A stretch of DNA of 62,282 nucleotides from positions 1-62,282 of the forward strand of contig JAZNVE010000148.1 in assembly GCA_045592665.1 (NCBI GenBank), written 5' to 3'. A model generated the notes under the pieces. That model did no database searches and was not told where the DNA came from. It saw nothing but the letters and a program-made list of their open reading frames with translations. A program made the position numbers and the translations under genes. Each line of letters begins with the position of its first letter. The first letter of the stretch is position 1. Source of the stretch: Acutalibacteraceae bacterium (GTDB lineage Bacteria > Bacillota > Clostridia > Oscillospirales > Acutalibacteraceae). This document shows positions 26,103-34,668 of this stretch, piece after piece.

Positions 26103-27038
26103 TTAATCAATAACAAATTGGAAATCACTGTTTGCCAAACGAATTATATCGCCGTTTTTAATATAATATGGTTTGTTGGGCTCTAATTTTGATTTGTTTA
26201 TATATGTACCGTTTGCACTCTTAAGGTCAGTAAGTGCATATTTGCTTCTATATTTATCTATACGACAATGAACCTTACTTACCATACCGTTAAAAGAAAC
26301 TACTCCGTCCACGGCAGATGAATTTCTGCCGATAAGGAAGCTGTCCTTATTTATAACAAACTCCGTGTGTGTGGGGGCATTCATCGCCACAAGTCTTGCC
26401 GTCTGGTCCAGTATTGATTTTCTGATCGAGCCCGAGGAGGTCTTTTTATAATCAGTATTGCCTGTATATCCGGTTTTACCGTTAGCCATACCGTTGTAAA
26501 CGTCCTCTAAGGATTTTCTTCCGTCCGACAAGTCGGATTGCAATTTGAAAAGATTAGGAGTAGAAAAGCTCGGGAAAGCCGAAATGGTTTTTATCAACGT
26601 TGTTCTCAGTTCACTTTCAAATGAAGCATAATCCTCAAACATACCCTTTTCAACAGGAACATAAACAAGATTAACCTTGTATGTATTGGCATCTACGAAA
26701 ATATGCTCAAAAGAAATATCGATATTTTCACAGCTTAAAAAACCGTTATTTTTTACCGCAAGTATTGCACCGAATAAGTTTGAAACTATAGTCATAAAAT
26801 TTTCGGGCGAGATATTTGACATCATACTGAGAAGCGGTTTATTGGATTTGACAATATAAAACAGCTGAATTTTGCCGTTGTATTTCATTTTCATACATTT
26901 AAGCAGATTATTGCTGCCCTGACTTTGTAAAACCTTATATTCGGTAGTCAAAAACAAGCTATTATCATTTAACACATATGAAAAATTAGAACCGCAAGCC
27001 ATTTCCTCCAGCAAGCCTTTTTGTACCAATAAATTCAT
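26103..27038 (-). CDS. FHA-domain protein whose N-terminal globular domain is paralogous to that of 37201..39126
   Basis: ATG at 27038, 7 nt after AGGGG. C-terminal FHA with canonical GR...SKVH...NG (FLIGRNSS...MVSKVHCRI...SANGTYIN). The N-domain ...FLSCENIDISFEHIFVDANTYKVNLVYVP aligns with ...LSIDKLLLDFRYVFINETSWEVQLAYTP. Confidence 0.8.
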   Translation of the reverse strand: MNLLVQKGLLEEMACGSNFSYVLNDNSLFLTTEYKVLQSQGSNNLLKCMKMKYNGKIQLFYIVKSNKPLLSMMSNISPENFMTIVSNLFGAILAVKNNGFLSCENIDISFEHIFVDANTYKVNLVYVPVEKGMFEDYASFESELRTTLIKTISAFPSFSTPNLFKLQSDLSDGRKSLEDVYNGMANGKTGYTGNTDYKKTSSGSIRKSILDQTARLVAMNAPTHTEFVINKDSFLIGRNSSAVDGVVSFNGMVSKVHCRIDKYRSKYALTDLKSANGTYINKSKLEPNKPYYIKNGDIIRLANSDFQFVID

Positions 27039-27116
27039 AAGCATACCCCTACATATATTTTGTTTATCTCAAGTGAAGGCGCTGTCAGTGCCCTCAGTTC
27101 AAATAAACCATACTCT

Positions 27117-27140
27117 CCGGTGCAGGTTACCCTGCACCGG
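27117..27140 (-). terminator. perfect 10-bp hairpin after the giant gene (attenuator or RNA-stability element)
   Basis: ccggtgcagg-ttac-cctgcaccgg. The downstream minus-strand sequence AGAGTATGGTTTATTTG is only moderately T-rich. Confidence 0.4.
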
Positions 27141-27161
27141 AAAGCTTTAGTTAATTAAGTT

Positions 27162-30100
27162 TTATTTCTCGTCTTTCTTTTTGCGTTTTTTAAGTAAGAT
27201 AAGAATTATGATAAGTGCCGCTGCACCGACTGTTCCGCCAACAACACCCCAGAATACGGGCTGGTTGTTCCAGAAACGAACGAAGAAGTTAGAAGATACA
27301 AGCATACTTCCTGTAAAGCTTTCAGGAATGCTATCCTTAGCTTCTTTAATATTAGCTGTATCAAGTACTCTACCGGATAAGTCAGTAACCTTGATAACAA
27401 CCTTCTGTTTATCATCTTCTTCAGAAAGCTTAAATTTACCGGTAAAGTTATTGATATCATCGCCTAACTCTTTACCCTCAAAGACTTCAACAGTGATACC
27501 ATCGACAATGACCTCTACCTTTGCAATACCGATTGCATCATAAACCGTAAATTCTACATTTGCGTTTTCTGCTTTAATTTCGGTATATTCTCCGTCATAG
27601 TCTCCTTTATAGTCCTTCTTGTTGCTTGCTTCCTCGGTGATAGTAAAGCTTGTAATTGAAGGTAATGTTTTATCAACCTTGAACCACAGAACATCTTTAA
27701 TTTCAGTAAACTTCTTATCGAGAGTATTTTTGTCTTCCTTGTTCTCGGAATTGTTGTTTACCTCGTCTGTTGAAGAAACAGCTATCTTATAAAGACCCTC
27801 TGAATTAAAGTTTTCTCTGTTAATGGTGTGAGCATATTCATACCAACCGCTGTTCTTTGCGGGTGCTGTTGAAGCAATTGCTTTATCAACAGGTCTGCCA
27901 TCTCTGGTAATATCCACCTTCAATGTGCTCTCTTTAAGCTTATTGGCATTGTACTCTGTAATAACAAGGTCTTCTGCTACTTCCTTAGTATAACGATCAT
28001 TAATAAGGTCAATAAGAGCATCGTTGTATACATAAACTGAACCGAAACGGTTTACAACGAAGGTTCTTGATGTTGTGCTGCTGTGGTCAACCTTATCAGT
28101 CATTTTTACTGTCAAGGTGTAAACACCGTCATTATCACGGATTTTTTCAAATGTATTGAATGTACCCGAACCACCGTTAGCGTTAATTGCAACACGGTTT
28201 CCGATAAACTGATCCTTAACATCGATATTCTTTTCATCGTATCGAGTTCTGGTAAGTGTTATCTGATAGCTCTTATAGTTATCATCCTCAAATTTAACAC
28301 CGGGGATAACCTCGTCATTAAAGCCTAATCCACCGTTTGAGTCGCCCTGGAATGTGATAACAGGAGCGTTAATCTTGGTATCGATGGTAAGCTGATTTGA
28401 CTTATAGGTTGCCATTTCATTCTTCGATCTATCCTTGTAGGTAGCGGTAAGAATGTAATCGCCGTCCTGTGTAAGAGTGAAGGTTGCAATATGAGTGTTC
28501 ACGCTCTTGTGTGTCCACTTGAGAGGTATTCTCACGCCCTTTGCTCCATCCTTAGAATATGAAAGCTTAAATTCCTCGGGATTATCAAAGTTTGCTTCAG
28601 TTACTGTGATTGTACCGGTAATTTTACCGTCATAGTAAGAAATCTTGTTTTCCGTTGTGTAAGGCTTACTGAGTTCAATTTTTGCCTTAGGTGTAATATT
28701 ATCAACGATAACACCGGTAATATCCTTACCGTCCACATTACCGTTCGATTTGTTACCTGCTCTGTCTGTAGCAACAAACTTAACGGAACCATTCATATTA
28801 TTACCCTTTTCAAGAATACCCTTGGGCATAACGAATGTAGTTTTTGCTGTTTTACCTTCATTGAGAATCTCAATTTTTTCGGCTTTTGCTGTCTGCTTTT
28901 CATCCGTTTTATTTACTGAGCTTGTGCCATCGGCTTGTTCATAAGTTGCTTCAACAATGTTTGCAAATGAAATGTCATCAGTAACCGTAACCTCAACCTG
29001 AGCCTTTTCACCAAAATAGCCAAAGGTTATGTTATTAATAAATGTTGATGCAACATCGTTCTTCTGCTCTGCCTTAACAATAACAGGAAGAGTATTATCA
29101 ACTGTAAAGTAATCCTTTGTATAATCTGCTGCTGCATTATCCGCAAGGTCAGCATAATCAATATCAAAGGTGTAGTTAGCGTTACCGGGATAGGTAATTG
29201 TCATTGTATGAACATCGCCGTCAGAAACCCAATCGGATTCTATGCGGGTCTGCGCTACAGGATTACCTGAAACATCCTGTTCAAGAATAGACGAAAGATC
29301 AACCTCATCTTTGAAGAAGTTGTGCTCTGTAATTGTTATTGTAGCAACCTGCTGACCCCGGAAATATTCTCTTTCTGCGCCTTCAATATACGGATCGGGA
29401 AGCTTATTTTCAGGAGTAGTATTTGAATAAGCTACGTTAATAACGGGAGCCGTTGTATCAATTACAAGAATATCTGACTCGTATGCTTCGGCTTCTTTGG
29501 TAGATCTGTCAGTATAAGAAACCTTTACAATATAGTCACCGTCTGTTGAGTGATCTGCAAGAGCGGGAAGTGTGAATGTGCCTGTATATACGTCTTCCTT
29601 ATCTCCGTCAGCGTCCACAGTGCCTGACCATTCAATAGCGGGTGCTTCAATTTCCACACCGTCTCTTGTTACGCTGAGAACAACATCCTCTGCGTAGAAG
29701 TTAGCCTCTTCAACAGTAATTGTTCCCACAATATCATTGTTATAGTATGCTTTATTGTCTTCCGTTACTTTGGGCTGAGCCTTACTGTAGGCAACGCTTA
29801 CTTCGGGAGCAATGTCATCAACTACTATAACCGTGCCGTCATCCGTTACCGATTCAGATTTTATACCGTGCTTATCAATAGCGTATGCGGTCATACTTCC
29901 GCGAAGCTGGTCAGCTTCTTCCTTGGGAAGTGTAACCTGAGCGGTAAATACATCATTATCTGTTTCACTCGGGGTTGCTTCTATATTGTCAATATATAAT
30001 TTTTCAACGTTGGACTTGCTTTCGCCCTTTTGACGGTTATAGGTCAACACGAAGCTTTCAACACCCCATGTAGCATCTGTTGATGTAAGCGTAATTGTTG

Positions 30101-33100
30101 TAGGTGCGTTGAAATACTTATAAACGATTTCATCGCTGAGTCCCAATGTAAGAACCTCAGCAATTACAGGCCACAAGGATTCTTCGTACTCAATTACCGG
30201 TGCTGTAGGAGCAGTTGTATCAATAATGAATTCTTCGCTGTTTTTCTCACCACTGTTCTTAGCAAGATCTGTGTATTGGAATTTTATGTTTTTGTAATTG
30301 GCATCCGGAAGAACACCGTTTTCACCATAAGTAAGTGTGCATTCATATTTATTGTTTCCTACGGATTTCCAATTTTCAATATCTGTGATGTAGTTATTTA
30401 ACTTATCAACAGCCACAATATTTTCTTTAATATCTTTTGCTTCAACTGTTGCAACAAAGCTTGCAGGGTCAAAGTTAACCTCTGTAACTGTCAAGGTTAC
30501 AGCGTAATCATCGCAAGGCTCGCCGTCATGTTTTTTGTTTTCATTGTATTCAAAAGATATAACGGGGTCTGTTACGTCGATAACCATTTCGTCAGAAACG
30601 AATTTAGCAACTTCTTTTTCTACACCGTCTTCAATGATTTTTACGGTTTCAACACCGTTACCTTCCATCTGGTTTGTTGATTTATCAACATAATATGCTT
30701 CAACTGTATAAACGCCCTGATTCTCTTCAGTTGAGGGAACTGTTACAGTGTAAATGTCGTAACCGTCATCGTCATCGTCATCGTCAAGTCTTTCATATTT
30801 AACGGTTGCTTTAGCAAACTCTGCACCATCTTTAAATACTTTGATGCTGCCGTTTTCTTCAAAACCGTTTGTTTCTTTAACCTTCACCTTATAAACAAGG
30901 GGAGTTGTTTCGTTGAAGTAGTATGTCTTAGGTGTTGTCTCATCATCAGGAACAACTTTCACGGGATTCAGGTATTCAACAGCCAGTTTAGGTGAAATGT
31001 AGTCAATAATAACGGTATCGTTACCCTTTTTCTTTGATACGTTACCGGCGCGGTCATAAACCGTCAAAGAAACATTTCCGTCAACTGCGTCACCTTTTTT
31101 CACAGTGATTTCGGCAGTTGCTGTTGCGCTCTTGCCGTCATCAAGGCTCTGGAAGTTTTCTACAGGAATTTCTTTTTCGTCATATTCACAAACAAAGCGA
31201 TCAATTCCCGATAATGTATCAGTTGCTTTAAAGGTAACCGTAACAGTATCTCTGTAGAACAATGTTTTTATTGCATCACCAACGCTGTCGATTTCGGTTG
31301 AATAATCAATTTCAAGTGCAGTAGGAACAGTTCTGTCCACCTTCAAATCCTGCTCAGCACCATTAAGGTTGATTTTAAGGTCAACGGGACCGCAGATATA
31401 TCCTGCATTGTCACAAAGATAGACTGTTCTCTTAGTGATTCCTTCATCACCGAATTTGACGGTATTTTTGAAGGCTGTTGCAATATTGTTGCCATCCTTG
31501 ATTATTGTTGTAGCTCTGTACAGCGGGTCAGGATTGCTGTCATTGCCGTATTTTACACCCTTTGCAACGGTATATCCCGTTTTCGGTGTAACAATAATTT
31601 CGTCATTAATCCATCCGTATTTGGTAATGGGGAACGATAAGCTGACAGGAGCTTCGGGTGTATCAGCAAAACGCAACTGAATTTCATAGGTTGCGGAATC
31701 CTTACCGCTTAATTTACCATCGGATTTTTTTGCAGTTACCACTGCATTAATAACACCGTTTGTTTCGGAACGATTAAGCGCTACTACAAGAGCGTTGTAA
31801 TCGCTTACTTTAATTTCGCCTGTAACAGAATCACAATAAACTCCGCCGACTTCATACTCTTTTCCGTTTTCTCTGATTCCTTTTATGCTGTATGTAACAT
31901 TGGAATCGTCATCTGCAACGGTAATTTTTGACTGACGGTTTGAAATAAGGTTATTGTCCTTGTTAAGAACATATACCACCTTATCGGTGTTCTCAAATTC
32001 AACGAAGGAAACATCGTAATCCTTTGTTGTCTTTGCTTTTACAGTAATGGTATATTCGATTTCAGCTTCATGGTAATCTGCTGTTGCAGCGATAGATGCC
32101 TTTACCTTGTATGTACCGGGAACACTTGTTCTGAAGGTTCCTGCATCGTCTATTGTTGCATCACTGCTGTCAACACTATAAACAATTTTTTCGTCCTTTG
32201 TTTTATTCTCTGCTGTTGCACCGAAATCAGTAACGAACTTAACCTGAACCTTACCGTCGGTAATCGAAACTGCAGGAGTCATACTTACAGAGCTTGAGCC
32301 TGCAACAAATTTGTTGAATTCAAGTTTTCTGTCAGCTGTGGAAATCATAGCTGTAACTGTTTTTTCGGTTTCCTTATAGTTATCGTCATCAAGCTTAACC
32401 TTAACGTAAACCGGATAACTGCCAGCATTCTTTATCTGGGGTACTTCCGCACTCCAGTTTGTTCCGTCCTGGCTGTAAGAAACACTTTCAAGCTTCTTAC
32501 CCTGCAGTGCTTCAACCTGTACTGCAGGATGTGAAGCTGCATCATATGCTCCGCTGTAAGGAGTAATGCTTACAACACCGTCATTTAACTCTGCAGGGGT
32601 GATTTTTGTATTGAAAACCTTATCTATGCGTGACAAGCCTTCAAATGAAGATTCACCTACAACCCTTACCGCATATTCACCTACATTGGTTCTTTTGGGG
32701 ATTGTTGTTGTTTTTTCATCACCTACATAGAACTCAAAGCTATAACCGTAGTATTTTGTAAGACCTTCGCAATTAGTGCCCTTAAGAAGCTCCTGAGGCT
32801 CACCGTTAAATACGCTTTCTTTTCCTTTTTCAGTAAAATACAAGTCTGTTATTTTTGCTTCCGTATCTTTAACAAAATCAACGTAACCGTTTCTTTTTAC
32901 GGTAACCTTTACTTTGTACTTACCGGGTATTGAAATCTGAGGAACTTTATCGGTTGCTTCGCCACCGTCAAGCTGATAAAGAACTGTGTCACCTTCAGCT
33001 GTGCCCTGTACGCTGACTGCATCAAATTTCTTGGCTTTTCCTGTTTCTTTGTCGGGCTTGCACTGTGTATTAAGAGCAACAACAGTAATACCGGTGATAA

Positions 33101-33494
33101 CCTTAGCAGATATAGTAACCTCTATATCTTCGTTATCACTTGTAATATTTTTTTCGATGCTTTTGCTCTCGTAACCGTCCTTTGTAACGGAACCGCTGAT
33201 TTTCAAGCCATCCTTATAATCTGCCTTAGCAAGAACCTCGGCAGAGCCGTTTGCATTTGTAGTGACCTTATCATTTTTTATCTCTACATCTGCACTATCG
33301 GTAATTGTATACGATACCTCTGCACCGCTTACAGGGTTACCTTCGCCGTCTTTTACGGTTACGGTAACAGCTTCGGGATATTCCGTGGTTGCCGCTGACA
33401 CAGGGACAGCGGAAACGGGAACCATACCGAACACAAGTAACATCGTAAGTGCTACTGCTAAGATTCTTTTTGTAGCATTACTCATCTTACTCAT
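27162..33494 (-). CDS. 2110-aa cell-surface protein with many Ig-like repeats and a C-terminal TM anchor
   Basis: ATGA overlap with the upstream gene; RBS AAGGGGAGA. Signal peptide ...VPVSAVPVSA. At least 9 domain boundaries of the form (I/V)D.T.P.i.v.Y. A D7 run. C-terminal TM AAALIIILILL followed by KKRKKKDEK. No LPXTG. Confidence 0.9.
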   Translation of the reverse strand: MSKMSNATKRILAVALTMLLVFGMVPVSAVPVSAATTEYPEAVTVTVKDGEGNPVSGAEVSYTITDSADVEIKNDKVTTNANGSAEVLAKADYKDGLKISGSVTKDGYESKSIEKNITSDNEDIEVTISAKVITGITVVALNTQCKPDKETGKAKKFDAVSVQGTAEGDTVLYQLDGGEATDKVPQISIPGKYKVKVTVKRNGYVDFVKDTEAKITDLYFTEKGKESVFNGEPQELLKGTNCEGLTKYYGYSFEFYVGDEKTTTIPKRTNVGEYAVRVVGESSFEGLSRIDKVFNTKITPAELNDGVVSITPYSGAYDAASHPAVQVEALQGKKLESVSYSQDGTNWSAEVPQIKNAGSYPVYVKVKLDDDNYKETEKTVTAMISTADRKLEFNKFVAGSSSVSMTPAVSITDGKVQVKFVTDFGATAENKTKDEKIVYSVDSSDATIDDAGTFRTSVPGTYKVKASIAATADYHEAEIEYTITVKAKTTKDYDVSFVEFENTDKVVYVLNKDNNLISNRQSKITVADDDSNVTYSIKGIRENGKEYEVGGVYCDSVTGEIKVSDYNALVVALNRSETNGVINAVVTAKKSDGKLSGKDSATYEIQLRFADTPEAPVSLSFPITKYGWINDEIIVTPKTGYTVAKGVKYGNDSNPDPLYRATTIIKDGNNIATAFKNTVKFGDEGITKRTVYLCDNAGYICGPVDLKINLNGAEQDLKVDRTVPTALEIDYSTEIDSVGDAIKTLFYRDTVTVTFKATDTLSGIDRFVCEYDEKEIPVENFQSLDDGKSATATAEITVKKGDAVDGNVSLTVYDRAGNVSKKKGNDTVIIDYISPKLAVEYLNPVKVVPDDETTPKTYYFNETTPLVYKVKVKETNGFEENGSIKVFKDGAEFAKATVKYERLDDDDDDDGYDIYTVTVPSTEENQGVYTVEAYYVDKSTNQMEGNGVETVKIIEDGVEKEVAKFVSDEMVIDVTDPVISFEYNENKKHDGEPCDDYAVTLTVTEVNFDPASFVATVEAKDIKENIVAVDKLNNYITDIENWKSVGNNKYECTLTYGENGVLPDANYKNIKFQYTDLAKNSGEKNSEEFIIDTTAPTAPVIEYEESLWPVIAEVLTLGLSDEIVYKYFNAPTTITLTSTDATWGVESFVLTYNRQKGESKSNVEKLYIDNIEATPSETDNDVFTAQVTLPKEEADQLRGSMTAYAIDKHGIKSESVTDDGTVIVVDDIAPEVSVAYSKAQPKVTEDNKAYYNNDIVGTITVEEANFYAEDVVLSVTRDGVEIEAPAIEWSGTVDADGDKEDVYTGTFTLPALADHSTDGDYIVKVSYTDRSTKEAEAYESDILVIDTTAPVINVAYSNTTPENKLPDPYIEGAEREYFRGQQVATITITEHNFFKDEVDLSSILEQDVSGNPVAQTRIESDWVSDGDVHTMTITYPGNANYTFDIDYADLADNAAADYTKDYFTVDNTLPVIVKAEQKNDVASTFINNITFGYFGEKAQVEVTVTDDISFANIVEATYEQADGTSSVNKTDEKQTAKAEKIEILNEGKTAKTTFVMPKGILEKGNNMNGSVKFVATDRAGNKSNGNVDGKDITGVIVDNITPKAKIELSKPYTTENKISYYDGKITGTITVTEANFDNPEEFKLSYSKDGAKGVRIPLKWTHKSVNTHIATFTLTQDGDYILTATYKDRSKNEMATYKSNQLTIDTKINAPVITFQGDSNGGLGFNDEVIPGVKFEDDNYKSYQITLTRTRYDEKNIDVKDQFIGNRVAINANGGSGTFNTFEKIRDNDGVYTLTVKMTDKVDHSSTTSRTFVVNRFGSVYVYNDALIDLINDRYTKEVAEDLVITEYNANKLKESTLKVDITRDGRPVDKAIASTAPAKNSGWYEYAHTINRENFNSEGLYKIAVSSTDEVNNNSENKEDKNTLDKKFTEIKDVLWFKVDKTLPSITSFTITEEASNKKDYKGDYDGEYTEIKAENANVEFTVYDAIGIAKVEVIVDGITVEVFEGKELGDDINNFTGKFKLSEEDDKQKVVIKVTDLSGRVLDTANIKEAKDSIPESFTGSMLVSSNFFVRFWNNQPVFWGVVGGTVGAAALIIILILLKKRKKKDEK

Positions 33495-33970
33495 AAATTT
33501 TCTCCCCTTTTATTTTTCTTTTTTATTTGATTATAAATGTTTCCGTTTAATATACTGTGTAAACTAAAAGAAACAATCATTAAAAATAACAAAATATAAA
33601 CCACATAAGAATTACTGTACCTCGTGAACATAAGTACAATAAATGAAATTGTGCTTGCTAAAAAAACTCCATCCGCAACAGAGGCACGTATACTTCTGAA
33701 AAATCTGAGAACCCCGGGAATTCTTTTTACCGGTATCTCATCCCCGTGCTCCTGCTTGTGCCATTTTTTGTATTTAACCAAAGTAAGCACCAAAAATAAC
33801 AAGCTGAACAGGAAGCCTACCCAGAATACAGTGCCCACAACTACAACGGGTGTGTTAGTCTGCGCTTGTGCCGAAAAGGGCATCGCAGGAAAGGTTGCTC
33901 CTAAAAGAAACGTAAAAAACATATACAACCCCATCATAAGACGTATTGTTTGTTTTTTGACCTTCTTCAT
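33491..33970 (-). CDS. small polytopic membrane protein
   Basis: ATGA overlaps at both ends; RBS GAGGTGA. 159 aa with about 4 hydrophobic helices. Confidence 0.75.
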   Translation of the reverse strand: MKKVKKQTIRLMMGLYMFFTFLLGATFPAMPFSAQAQTNTPVVVVGTVFWVGFLFSLLFLVLTLVKYKKWHKQEHGDEIPVKRIPGVLRFFRSIRASVADGVFLASTISFIVLMFTRYSNSYVVYILLFLMIVSFSLHSILNGNIYNQIKKKNKRGENL

Positions 33971-34665
33971 TCAATCACCTCAGCGGTGTGTATTAACATT
34001 ACATCATCCAGTGACGATAACTCTTTTTTAGGAACGAAGCTGGGCTTTTCAACGGGCTCTTCACCACCGAGGAGAGCCGTTTCATTAAGTGCTGTTGTTT
34101 CCTCTCCGGTTATATCGGTATCCTGCGTAAATAAGGGTGCCGTTTCATTAAGAGGTGCTGTTTCGTTAAGTGCCGCTGTTTCCTCACCTGTTGAAGGCTC
34201 CCTTGAGAATATGGGAACATTGAGAGGTGCGGTTTCATTGAGAGGCGCTGTTGCGTTATCTTCAAAAGCGGGTCTTCTTTCAGTACTTTCAAGCAACGCT
34301 GTTTCCTGTGAATTAATCTTTTGAGGACTGTTTTCTCCAAGAACACCGGTCTGGGCTTTCCTTGAAGCTTTTCTTGCTGCCCTTTGCTCTTTTGTATTAG
34401 AGGGCTTCGGAGCAGCTTTGGGTTGTTCTATTGTAGCCGTAACCTTACCTCTGTTCTGGTTAACGGGACTTGAGCCGTGTGACTTTTTGCCGGACTTCTC
34501 ATTGAACTCACGCATCTGAGCAATGGATTTACGAGCTGTTCTACCGGACAAATCACCAATAACACTCGGGATTTTAAATTTAACAAAAAGGATTGCTGCA
34601 ATAAGAAACGCGATTCCCGCAATAACGAAGGAGATTATTGAAATTACTGATAATACTTCTGCCAT
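33967..34665 (-). CDS. N-terminally anchored membrane protein with degenerate ETAPLN hexapeptide repeats
   Basis: RBS AAGGAGGAG. TM VISIISFVIAGIAFLIAAILFV, a basic segment, then about 8 copies of (E)ETA(P/A/L)L(N) across about aa 118-200. Confidence 0.75.
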   Translation of the reverse strand: MAEVLSVISIISFVIAGIAFLIAAILFVKFKIPSVIGDLSGRTARKSIAQMREFNEKSGKKSHGSSPVNQNRGKVTATIEQPKAAPKPSNTKEQRAARKASRKAQTGVLGENSPQKINSQETALLESTERRPAFEDNATAPLNETAPLNVPIFSREPSTGEETAALNETAPLNETAPLFTQDTDITGEETTALNETALLGGEEPVEKPSFVPKKELSSLDDVMLIHTAEVIE

Positions 34666-34668
34666 AAA

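Noticed and set aside
27162-33494. The idea that the 2110-aa protein is simply EsaA/YueB.
   Set aside because: EsaA has one N-terminal and several C-terminal TM helices around a helical ectodomain. This protein has a cleavable signal peptide, beta-sandwich repeats and a single C-terminal TM. Only a functional analogy is proposed.
33950-34346. ORFs of 124 aa (plus strand) and 78 aa (minus strand) with repeated GAVSLRGAVSL-type sequence.
   Set aside because: They are alternative-frame or antisense readings of the ETAPLN repeat region of the 33967..34665 gene.
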